DNA from: an uncultured Actinomycetes bacterium | Lineage (GTDB): Bacteria > Actinomycetota > UBA4738 > HRBIN12 | Direction of reading: 5' to 3' | Assembly (NCBI GenBank): GCA_963828885.1 | Contig: CAWHGC010000017.1 | Coordinates: 34,522-98,521 of the forward strand | Length of the DNA stretch: 64,000 nt | Shown here: positions 24,705-33,535 of the stretch, in pieces | Layout of the letters: each line of letters opens with the position of its first letter | Position numbering within the stretch: position 1 is the first letter of the stretch | Translations under genes and position numbers: made by a program | Notes under the pieces: model-generated | Database searches by the model: none | What the model was told of the DNA's origin: nothing | Seen by the model: the letters and a program-made list of their open reading frames with translations, nothing else

Positions 24705-25521
24705 CGCTCAGCACTCGCCCGAGGACGTCGGCTCCGGCGCGTTGCTCGGTGCATTCGAAGGCCGTCATGAAGCCCTTCGCGATCGTGGTGGCCTGACTCG
24801 CCGTCACGGTGCCCGGGCAGGTGAGCAGTTTGTTCCACGCCGTCACGGCGAAGCCGACGCCCGTCGGCAGCGACGTGTGCGGCGTGAGGATCACGTGGTG
24901 CTTCGTGTCGTTGTTCGCGACCGTCGTGAGCGCGCTCGATCACGTCCGGTGGCAGCGCGCCGTCGCCGTCCGGCCGGTAGTAGATGTTCACGAACGCGTG
25001 CTCGAGGTTGTGCACGAGCCGCGTCTCGGGCGGCATCTCGGTGTACACGGCCGGGGTGGTCGGCAGTCGGGGACGGATCGTGCGGTCCCGACGTCGCCGG
25101 CTCCTCCGGATACACGTGCGTCGCGCCGGAGGCCAGGTGCATGCCGTCGGGCGCGCTGCCGACCGGCGTCTCCACGCCGGTGCAGCCGGCCGCCTTCGCC
25201 GCGTCGGCCGCGGCCGCCGGGAACGGATTCGGCGCCGCCCACGCGGGTGAACCAGGTGAAGACGCCGATCGCCACCGCCGCCACCACCACCGACAGCACG
25301 AACCGCCGTGCGGTGTCGCGCCGCCGCTGTCTGCGCATCGCGGCCTCGCGCGCGGCGCGCGCCTGCTGCTTGCGCTCCTGCCGGTCGGCGCGCGGCCGGT
25401 TCTGCTGGTGCGGGCGCCCGGCCGCGGTGCCCTGGCCGTCACCGCTCGCGGATCTGCCCGGACCTTGGCTCGCTGCGCCGCTCGGGCGGTGCGGACGACG
25501 GCGCCGCTTCTTGTTCGCCAT
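24697..25521 (-). CDS. DUF3105 family membrane-anchored protein, paralog 2, split by about 3 frame changes
   Basis: MANKKRRRRPHRPSG... basic N-terminus plus a TM segment (FVLSVVVAAVAIGVF). DUF3105 core HNLEHAFVNIYYRP. The start overlaps the stop of paralog 1 (TGATG). Confidence 0.55.
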
Positions 25522-26247
25522 CAGAGCACGGACCCGGCCTCGGGCGCCTCCCCGGCGTAGGTCTGGCCCGCCGCCGGCGGTGCGCTGTACTTCGACGTGA
25601 ACGCGAACGCGACCGGCAGGCTCACCGACGAGCAGGTCTGCATGCGGTGCCAGGCCACGAGCGCCATCTGCACGCCGTCGGGCAGCTGGCCGGCCGTTCC
25701 CTGGTCCGGGTAGCTGTACGGCGCGATGATCACGCGGTCCTGCCCGATGGCGGCCGCCGAGACCTTCCGGTCGTAGAAGGACTTCAGCTCGTCCAGCGCG
25801 GCGCCGCTCGTCGTCGGGTCGTACCAGATGATCGTGGCGCCGTGCTCGAGGCTGTGGATCGCCCGGTAGATGTCGGGCGGCGAGGAGTAGACGCCGGCCG
25901 GCAGGGGGCCGGGTCCATCGGGCGGCAACGCAGCATGCGGCCCGGAGGTCGGCGGCACGGACGGGTAGGTGGAGAGCTTCGGCGGGGTCGGGAACTGGGC
26001 GTGGTTCCGATGTGCGTCTGATCGACGTACTTCGAGTTCGTGACATCGGAGATGTCGTCGTAGGCCGGGATCGTCTGGACGTCGGTGCAGCCCGCGGTCT
26101 TCGCGGCCGCCGGCGCCTGTTTGAGCAGATCGGAGGCCTGCGCCTGGGTGGGCTCCTCGCCGGCGAACGGCTGCAGCACCACGAGGGCCACGATCAGGCC
26201 GGCGGCCACCACGAGCGCGATGCCGCCCAGGAGCCGGCCGCGGCGCT
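25521..26247 (-). CDS. DUF3105 family membrane-anchored protein, paralog 1, split by one frame change
   Basis: MAKQRRGRLLGGIALVVAAGLIVALVV ... then HSLEHGATIIWYDPTTSGAALDELKSFYDRK... in ORF 25521..26447. Confidence 0.6.
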
Positions 26248-26539
26248 GCTTGGCCATCTTCCGCTGGATCTCCTCGCGCTTGAGGCGGGCCTCCTCGCGC
26301 CGTTCCGCCTTCGTGATCCGGCGGTTCGGGTCCTCGCGTTCCGGCACGGATCGCTCCTGGGTCGTCGACGGGTGGGGCGCCTCGATGCGGTGCCCCGACG
26401 GCGACCAAGGATACGGGACGAGGGACCGGAAAGGTCGTTCGGGCCATTGCGGCCGAGGGGAGCGCTTCCTATCCTGTGCCTCGCCTTCCCCGATGGAACG
26501 GCGTGCCGGCGGCATCCCGCCGGCGAGGAGGGGGGGCGT

Positions 26540-27952
26540 ATGACGCAGACCGACAGCGATGTCGTGCGTGTGGACGGCGGCGGGGGCGGCCTCGACCGGT
26601 TCTTCAAGATCTCCGAGCGCGGATCGACCGTGCGAACGGAGGTCCGGGCCGGCGTCACCACGTGGCTGACGATGGCCTACATCCTGTTCCTGAATCCGTT
26701 CATCCTCGGGCTCGTCGCCGACCACAACGGCGTGACGCTGGATGCCGGACAGGTGCTCTCGGTCACGGCACTGGTGGCCGGTGTGGTGACGCTCGCGATG
26801 GGTCTCTACGCGAACTATCCGTTCGCGCTGGCGGCCGGGCTCGGACTCAACGGGTTCGTCGCCTTCACGCTCGTCGGCCAACTCGGCCTGTCCTGGCCCG
26901 AGGCCATGGGCGTGATCGTCCTCGAGGGCGTCATCATCACCGTGCTCGTGCTGACCAACGTGCGCGAGATGATCATGGACGCGATCCCCGTCGATCTGAA
27001 GCGCGCGATCGGCATCGGGATCGGCCTGTTCATCGCCCTGATCGGTCTGGTGAACGGCGGGGTGGTGGTGCTGGGCACCGACCCGGCACCGGTGCAGCTC
27101 AACGCCGATCTCTCCAGCCTCAGGATCCTCGTGTTCGTCGTGGGACTGGCGCTGGCCGCGATCCTGGTGACCCGCCGCGTCAAGGGAGGTCTGCTGATCG
27201 CGATCCTGGCGTCGACGGTGCTCGCCATCGTCATCAACCAGGGCTTCGGACATTCGGCGATCTGGGGTCCGGGCGTCGCCCATATCCCCGACACGTGGGT
27301 GAGCTCGCCGGACTTCAACCTGCTGGGGAACTTCTCGTTCGGGTTCACATCCGTGCTGGGTCTCGGGACGACGATCGCGGCCGTCCTCGCGGTCATGCTG
27401 TCGGACTTCTTCGACACGATGGGGACCGTGACGGGCCTCGGCGCCGAGGCGGGGTTCCTCGACGGCGAGAGCAAGCTCCCGGGGGTCAAGAAGGTCCTGC
27501 TGGTCGACTCCCTGGCCGCTGTCGCGGGCGGCGCCGCATCAGCCTCATCGAACACTACGTACATCGAGAGCGCGTCGGGGATCGCCGAAGGCGGGCGGAC
27601 CGGCCTCACGTCGGTGGTGGTCGGGGCGCTGTTCGTGGTGAGCCTGCTCTTCTCGTCGATCGCCGGCGTGATCCCGCCGGAGGCGACGGCGCCCATCCTG
27701 GTGGTCGTCGGCTTCTTCATGATGCAGGGCATCGGGGAGATCGACTGGCGAGACCCCGCCATCGGCATCCCTGCGTTCCTCACGATCGCGCTGATGCCGT
27801 TCACGTACTCGATCACGAACGGCGTGGGTGCGGGCATCCTGTCCTACGCGGTGATCCGGCTCGCGCAGGGACGGTGGCGCGACGTGCACATCTTCACGTT
27901 CATCGTGGCGGCGATCTTCGCTTGGTACTTCTTCCACGGACTGCTGGCCTAG
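26540..27952 (+). CDS. NCS2 family nucleobase permease (AzgA/PbuG-like guanine/hypoxanthine permease)
   Basis: Intact 470 aa, about 13 TM segments, NCS2 motifs (FFKISERGSTVRTE..., GLNGF). GAGGAGGGGGG lies 4 nt upstream of the ATG at 26540. Confidence 0.85.
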   Translation: MTQTDSDVVRVDGGGGGLDRFFKISERGSTVRTEVRAGVTTWLTMAYILFLNPFILGLVADHNGVTLDAGQVLSVTALVAGVVTLAMGLYANYPFALAAGLGLNGFVAFTLVGQLGLSWPEAMGVIVLEGVIITVLVLTNVREMIMDAIPVDLKRAIGIGIGLFIALIGLVNGGVVVLGTDPAPVQLNADLSSLRILVFVVGLALAAILVTRRVKGGLLIAILASTVLAIVINQGFGHSAIWGPGVAHIPDTWVSSPDFNLLGNFSFGFTSVLGLGTTIAAVLAVMLSDFFDTMGTVTGLGAEAGFLDGESKLPGVKKVLLVDSLAAVAGGAASASSNTTYIESASGIAEGGRTGLTSVVVGALFVVSLLFSSIAGVIPPEATAPILVVVGFFMMQGIGEIDWRDPAIGIPAFLTIALMPFTYSITNGVGAGILSYAVIRLAQGRWRDVHIFTFIVAAIFAWYFFHGLLA

Positions 27953-29103
27953 CGCCAGCGGAGGAATCGGTCGAGCTCGATCTGAGGGCGGGGCGCCGGC
28001 GCCCCGCCCTCGGCCGTCCACCCGGCCGAGATGACACCGACCGGCGTCCAGGCGCCGGCGAGGTCCAGCGCCTCGCGCACGGGCTCGGCGGACTCGACCG
28101 GCAGCAGGGCCCATGTGGACGCGAGGCCCTGGGCGTGCAGGCCGAGCAGCAGCGTCTGGATCGAGCGCCCCACGTCAAGCGGACGGGAGGAGTCCTCGGT
28201 CACGAACGGCAGGATCGCCGTCGGGGCGTCGGGTCGCACGCCGGGCACCGCGGCCAGCCGGCGGTGCGCGGCCGGCGTGTCGATGGCGACGAACAGCATC
28301 GGATCGGTCACCGACCCCAGCGCCGCTCGCACCGCCTCCTCGATCGCCGCGCGCGGCGCCGGGTCCGGACCGAACGCGAGGGCGTCGGCTCGCGACTGGA
28401 GCGCCTGGAGCGGCGATTCGCGGAACAGGTCGTCGAACGGGGAGCGCACCAGGTCCTGCGCGACCCCGTCCGGCGCGCCGCCGCGGTCGACGCCGCGGAC
28501 GATGGCCGCCGGCACCCGTGCGGCCTTCGTCATCACGAGCCCGCTCGCCGCCGCCACCTCGTCGGCGAGGCCGACGACGGTCGTGTCCATGATCCGGCCG
28601 TGATGGTCGGGCGCCCCGCGGAGGTCGAGCAGCGCGGGCAGGCCGGCACAGCCGATCGCCACGTTCACCACGCCCTCGCGCCACGGCCGGCCGAACGTGT
28701 CGGTGATGACGACCGCCAGATCCACGCCCAGGGCCGCCGAGAGGGCCTCGCGCAGCGCCGCCGCCGACGCGTCGGGATCCTCGGGCAGCAGGCTCAGCAC
28801 GCCCGCCTCCACGTTCGAGGCGTCCACGCCGGCGTTCGCACAGATCAGGCCGTGCCGGGTCTCCGCGATCAACAGATCGCCGCGGCGGGCGACGACCCGC
28901 ACCGTCTCCGCCGCCACGATCGCGTCCCGGTCGGCGGCGTCGGCGAGCCGGCCCTCGGCCTTCGACACGACCTTCTGCGTGACGGCGACGACGTCCCCGT
29001 CGCGAGCGCCGGCCGCGCGCAGCGGCGGCTCCAGGAGCGCCGCGAGGTCGTCCCCGGGCCGGATCTCCGGCACGCCGTCGAGGGGGATCAGCTCGATCGT
29101 CAC
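27949..29103 (-). CDS. fbiB: Coenzyme F420:L-glutamate ligase with a nitroreductase-like C-terminal domain (FbiB)
   Basis: Intact 384 aa. A CofE-like N-terminal half (GDDLAALL...GDVVAVTQKVVSKAEGR) and an NTR-like C-terminal half. The GTG start overlaps the fbiA stop (GTGA). Confidence 0.85.
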   Translation of the reverse strand: MTIELIPLDGVPEIRPGDDLAALLEPPLRAAGARDGDVVAVTQKVVSKAEGRLADAADRDAIVAAETVRVVARRGDLLIAETRHGLICANAGVDASNVEAGVLSLLPEDPDASAAALREALSAALGVDLAVVITDTFGRPWREGVVNVAIGCAGLPALLDLRGAPDHHGRIMDTTVVGLADEVAAASGLVMTKAARVPAAIVRGVDRGGAPDGVAQDLVRSPFDDLFRESPLQALQSRADALAFGPDPAPRAAIEEAVRAALGSVTDPMLFVAIDTPAAHRRLAAVPGVRPDAPTAILPFVTEDSSRPLDVGRSIQTLLLGLHAQGLASTWALLPVESAEPVREALDLAGAWTPVGVISAGWTAEGGAPAPRPQIELDRFLRWR

Positions 29104-30047
29104 GAGGTCAGCATCCCCAGCGCGAAGCGGGCCAGGGCCTCCGACGAGTCGTCGTCGCGCATGATCGTGTCGGTGGCGGCCGTCCGCACGCCCAGCGCTC
29201 CCTCGATCGCATCGACGAGCGACGCGTCCTCGTCGTCGACCACCCAGGCCGCCAGCAGGTCCGCGTAGGCGCGCGCGGCGCCGAGCGCCGAGACCTCGAG
29301 GCCGGCCACCGGCATCAGCTTGTCGGCCATCCCGGCCAGCGGCGCGCCGCCCACGATCGGCGACACGCCGACGACGCGGTCGCGCCGGGCAGCGACGGCC
29401 TCCCGCACGCCGGGCACGGCGAGGATCGGTCCGACCGACACCACCGGGTTGGACGGGCAGATCACGAGGACGTCGGCACCGGCGATCGCCGTCAGCACGC
29501 CCGGCGCCGGCCGCGACGCCTCCACGCCCTCGAAGCGGAACGACTTCACCTCGTCACGCGCCCGACGGGCCACCCAGTACTCCTGGAAGTGGAGCTCGGT
29601 CTCGATGCCGCCCTCGACGACCGAGATGCGCGTGGTGACCGGGTCGTCGGTCATGGGCACCAGCGCGGCGCCGATGCCGAACCGCGCCGCCACGCGCGCC
29701 GTCACCTCCGACAGCGGCACGCCGGCGGCGAGCAGCGGCGTGCGGAACAGGTGGGTGGCCAGATCCAGGTCCCCGAGGCCGAACCACGCGTCCGGCGCGC
29801 CGAACGCCCGGAGCTCCTCCGTCGCGCGGAAGGTCTCGTCGCGCCGGCCCCAGCCGCGCTCGCGGTCGAACGCGTCGCCGAGCCAGTACGTGACGGAGTC
29901 GAGGTCGGGCGAGACGTGCAACCCGTGCATGACGACGTCGTCGCCGGTGTTGACGACGGCGGTGATGACGGCCTCGGGTGCCGCGCGGACGAGCCCCCGG
30001 AGGAACTTGCCCGCACCGATCCCGCCTGCCAGCGCGACGATCTCCAT
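29100..30047 (-). CDS. fbiA: 2-phospho-L-lactate transferase (CofD/FbiA)
   Basis: MEIVALAGGIGAGKFLRGL is the CofD signature. An alternative start at 30077 would add 10 aa. Confidence 0.85.
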   Translation of the reverse strand: MEIVALAGGIGAGKFLRGLVRAAPEAVITAVVNTGDDVVMHGLHVSPDLDSVTYWLGDAFDRERGWGRRDETFRATEELRAFGAPDAWFGLGDLDLATHLFRTPLLAAGVPLSEVTARVAARFGIGAALVPMTDDPVTTRISVVEGGIETELHFQEYWVARRARDEVKSFRFEGVEASRPAPGVLTAIAGADVLVICPSNPVVSVGPILAVPGVREAVAARRDRVVGVSPIVGGAPLAGMADKLMPVAGLEVSALGAARAYADLLAAWVVDDEDASLVDAIEGALGVRTAATDTIMRDDDSSEALARFALGMLTS

Positions 30048-30075
30048 AGCGGTACAGCGTAGTAGGCTCGCCCGC

Positions 30076-32560
30076 ATGCCCGAGGCGAACCTCCACCAGC
30101 TCCGCCGGGCGCTCGCCAGGGCCGATCAGGGCAAAGCGTTGTCCCTCGCCGAGGTCGAGGCGCTGATGGACGCGCGCGGCGACGAACTGGAGCGGCTGCT
30201 CGAGGTCGCCGGCCGCCTCCGCGACCTCGGGCACGGCGACGTCGTCACGTACTCGCGCAAGGTGTTCATCCCGCTCACGATGCTCTGCCGGGACCACTGC
30301 CACTACTGCACGTTCGCGAAGGCGCCCGCGCACCTGGAGCAGCCCTTCCTGTCGATCGAGGAGGCCGTCGCCGATCGCCGACGCCGGTCGCGCGATGGGA
30401 TGCAAGGAGGCGCTGTTCACCCTCGGGGACCGGCCCGAGGACCGCTACCCGGTCGCGCGTGAGTGGCTCTCGGCCCGCGGGTTCGCGTCGACGCTCGACT
30501 ACGTGCGCGCCGTCGCGATCCGCGTCATCGAGGAGACGGGCCTCCTGCCGCACCTGAACCCCGGCGTCATGTCGTACGAGGAGATGGCGCGACTGAAGCA
30601 GGCCTCGGCGTCGATGGGCATCATGCTGGAGACCTCGAGCGACCGGCTCGGCGGCCGCGGGATGCCCCACTTCAACTCACCGGACAAGGTGCCGGCGGTG
30701 CGGATGCGCACGATCGCCGACGCCGGCCGCCTCGCGATCCCGTTCACGACCGGCATCCTCGTCGGGATCGGGGAGACCTCGCGCGAGCGCGCCGAGTCGC
30801 TCATCGCGATCCGCGACGTCCATCGCCGCTACCGCCACGTGCAGGAGGTCATCGTGCAGAACTTCCGCGCGAAGCCGCGCACCGCCATGCACGACGCGCC
30901 CGAGCCCGACGCCGACACGTTCCTCGCCGCCGTCGCGGCCGCTCGGGTCGTGATGGGGCCCCGCATGCACGTCCAGGCGCCGCCCAACCTGTCCGACGAG
31001 GCCGAGCGCCTGCGCCTGCTGGACGCCGGCATCGACGACTGGGGCGGTGTCTCCCCGCTCACCCCCGACCACGTGAACCCGGAGAAGCCGTGGCCGGCCA
31101 TCGAGCATCTCGCCGCCACGACCGCCGCGCGAGGCCTGCGCCTGCGGGAGCGCCTCACGATCTACCCGGAGTTCGCCGCCCGCCCCGACCCGTACCTCGC
31201 CGCGAAGATGCGGGCGCCCGTCGAGGCCCTCATCGGCCCCGACGGCCTCGCGGTCGAGGGGCTGGTGCCCACGCCGATCGCCTGGCAGGACCCGGAGGTG
31301 CGGTGGAAGCCGCGCGAGATCGCGCTCACGTTCGCGAAGGCCGCCGGCGCCGGACTGCGCGAGGACGCCGAGCAGGTGTACGGGGACTTCGACGCCCTCG
31401 AGGTCACGCGCGAGTGGGCGGCCCGCGACGTGTCGCCCGAGCGCCTCGACGCCGACATCAGGGGCGCACTCACGAAGGCGGCCGCCCACCGCCCGATCAC
31501 CGACGGGGAGGCCCTGGCGCTGTTCGCCGCCGAGGGACCGGCGCTCGAGGCCCTCACCCGCGTCGCCGACGACCTGCGGGCCGAGGCCGTCGGCGACGAG
31601 ATCACCTACGTGCTCAACCGCAACATCAACTTCACGAACGTCTGCTACGTGGGCTGCCGCTTCTGCGCGTTCGCGCAGCGGGAGCAGGACCGCGAGTCCT
31701 ACACGCTCACGCTCACGGAGGTGGCCGACCGCGCCGAGGAGGCGTGGGAGCGCGGCGCCAGCGAGATCTGCATGCAGGGCGGTATCCACCCCGATCTGCC
31801 CGGTTCCTTCTATCTGGACCTCCTCGACGCCGTGAAGGCCCGCGTGCCGGATATCCACATCCACGCCTTCAGCCCCATGGAGATCCTCAACGGCGCGACG
31901 AAGCTCGGCGTCTCCTTCGCGGAGTTCCTGTCCGAGGCCCGCGCACACGGCCTCGGGTCGATCCCGGGCACGGCCGCCGAGATCCTCGACGACGAGGTCC
32001 GGTGGGTCCTGACGAAGGGGAAGCTCCCGGCGGACACCTGGGAGGAGATCGTCCGGACGGCGCACGGTCTGGGCATCCGGTCGAGCTCGACGATCATGTA
32101 CGGGCACGTCGACGCGCCGCCGCACTGGGTGGCGCACATCCGCCGGCTCGCGCACATCCAGGACGACACGGGCGGGTTCACCGAGTTCGTCCCGCTGTCG
32201 TTCGTCCACCAGAACGCGCCGATCTACCTCGCGGGCAAGGCGCGTCCCGGCGCGACCTTCGAGGAAGATCTGCGCATGCACGCGGTCGCGCGCATCCTGC
32301 TGGACGGAGTTATCCCCAACGTGCAGGTGTCGTGGGTCAAGCTCGGTGTGCATGCGTCGCAGGCGATCCTGCAGGGAGGCGCGAACGACTTCGGCGGCAC
32401 GTTGATGGAGGAGACGATCAGCCGGATGGCCGGCGCTGAGTGGGGGATCAGCATGGAGCCGTCGGCGTTCGACGACGCGATCCGCGCGATCGGTCGCACA
32501 CCCGCCGTCCGCACCACGACGTACGAACGCGCACCCGTTCGCGTCGTCGAGACGGCCTGA
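30076..32560 (+). CDS. fbiC: Bifunctional FO synthase (CofG+CofH fusion, FbiC), split by one frame change near 30390
   Basis: Radical-SAM CxxxCxxC motifs are present twice (LCRDHCHYCTFAK and VCYVGCRFCAFAQ). The N-terminal 105 aa lie in ORF 29320..30462 and the rest in ORF 30395..32560. Confidence 0.8.
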
Positions 32561-32572
32561 CACGCCGATCCG

Positions 32573-32598
32573 TCAAGCATCTTGACCGAATAGGTCAA
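32573..32598 (+). promoter_or_regulatory. Nested TTGAC dyads GTCAAG-cat-CTTGAC and TTGACC-gaata-GGTCAA in the fbiC-whiB intergenic region
   Basis: Two overlapping inverted repeats. Three further CCCCTTG(A/T)C copies follow at 32600-32716. Confidence 0.4.
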
Positions 32599-32734
32599 TC
32601 CCCTTGACGACACGATTTCTGCCCGAATCCCCTTGCACATGGCCGTTCGGCTCGACACCATGGTCGTGATGGTGCACCACGGGGCAGGGAAAACATCGCG
32701 GTTCCCCCTTGTCAACGGGGCTGTTCTTCGTTCA

Positions 32735-32754
32735 GAATCACACGCGTGTGATTC
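32735..32754 (+). promoter_or_regulatory. 20-bp perfect palindrome GAATCACACGCGTGTGATTC, 5 nt upstream of the whiB SD
   Basis: Read directly from the sequence. A candidate operator overlapping the whiB core promoter/5'UTR. Confidence 0.5.
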
Positions 32755-32769
32755 AGGGGGGAGATCGAC

Positions 32770-32997
32770 GTGCACCACTACATCCCTTGGCAAGAGCGGG
32801 CGCGATGTCGCGAATACGACCCTGAGACGTTCTTCCCCGAGAAGGGAGGTTCATCGAGGGAGGCAAAGCGGATCTGCTCCGAGTGCCCCGTTCGGATCGA
32901 GTGCCTCAACTACGCGCTCCGCCGCGATGAGCGGTACGGGGTGTGGGGAGGCATGAGCGAACGGGAACGTCGACGCCTCAAGCGGATGGCGTCCTAG
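32770..32997 (+). CDS. whiB: WhiB-family transcriptional regulator (Fe-S, WhiB2/WhmD-like by context)
   Basis: Four Cys in the WhiB arrangement (ARCREYDPETFF...ICSECPVRIECLNYAL) and a GVWGG turn with a basic tail. GTG start with AGGGGGGAGA Shine-Dalgarno sequence. Confidence 0.9.
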   Translation: MHHYIPWQERARCREYDPETFFPEKGGSSREAKRICSECPVRIECLNYALRRDERYGVWGGMSERERRRLKRMAS

Positions 32998-33020
32998 ATC
33001 GGATCGAAGGGAGGGGAAGC

Positions 33021-33429
33021 ATGGCAGCTGCCAGGAAGACGGCAAGCGAAGAAGACCGCGGCGCGCAAGCGTCCGGCAGCCAAGAGGAGCACGGCCGCGA
33101 AGAAGACCGCAGCAACTCGGAAGCGCACCGCCGCCAAGCGGTCCACGGCCGGGAAGAAGGCGGCCGCGACCCGCAAGCGGAAGACCGTGAAGCGGTCCAC
33201 GGCCGGGAAGAAGGCGGCCGCGACCCGTAAGCGGAAGACGGCGGCGCGCAAGCGCCCGGCCGCCAAGAAGGCGACGGCTCGCAAGAAGACGGCCGCTCGT
33301 CGCAAGCCGGCACGCAAGAAGACGGCCGCGCGCAAGCGCCCGGCCGCCAAGAAGGCGACGGCACGCAAGAAGACCGCGGCGCGCAAGCGTCCGGCCGCTC
33401 GCAAGAAGAGCACGGCGAAGCGTCGCTGA
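33021..33429 (+). CDS. Lys/Ala-rich histone-H1/HU-tail-like basic repeat protein, with a frame discrepancy just after the start
   Basis: ATG 33021 has a strong SD (GGAGGG). From 33043 the +1 frame, which has GC3 near 90%, encodes AKKTAARKRPAAKRSTAAKK...(PAAKKATARKKTAAR)n...STAKRR, ending with TGA at 33427-33429. The frame-0 acidic peptide has poor GC3. Confidence 0.6.
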
Positions 33430-33535
33430 CCCTCGCCGTTTCCGATCGTGAAGGGGGGCGTCATGCCCCCCTTCCGTCGTTCTTCAGGAGGTGCGTGCTA
33501 GTCTCCGCGCCGCGCGGCTGACCCGTGCATCCCTC

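Noticed and set aside
26248-26539. A possible purine riboswitch upstream of the NCS2 (guanine/hypoxanthine-type) permease
   Set aside because: The conserved purine-riboswitch core (UAUA…GGGA…UGGCCC…CCGUAA) is not found. The region is GC-rich with an ordinary SD.
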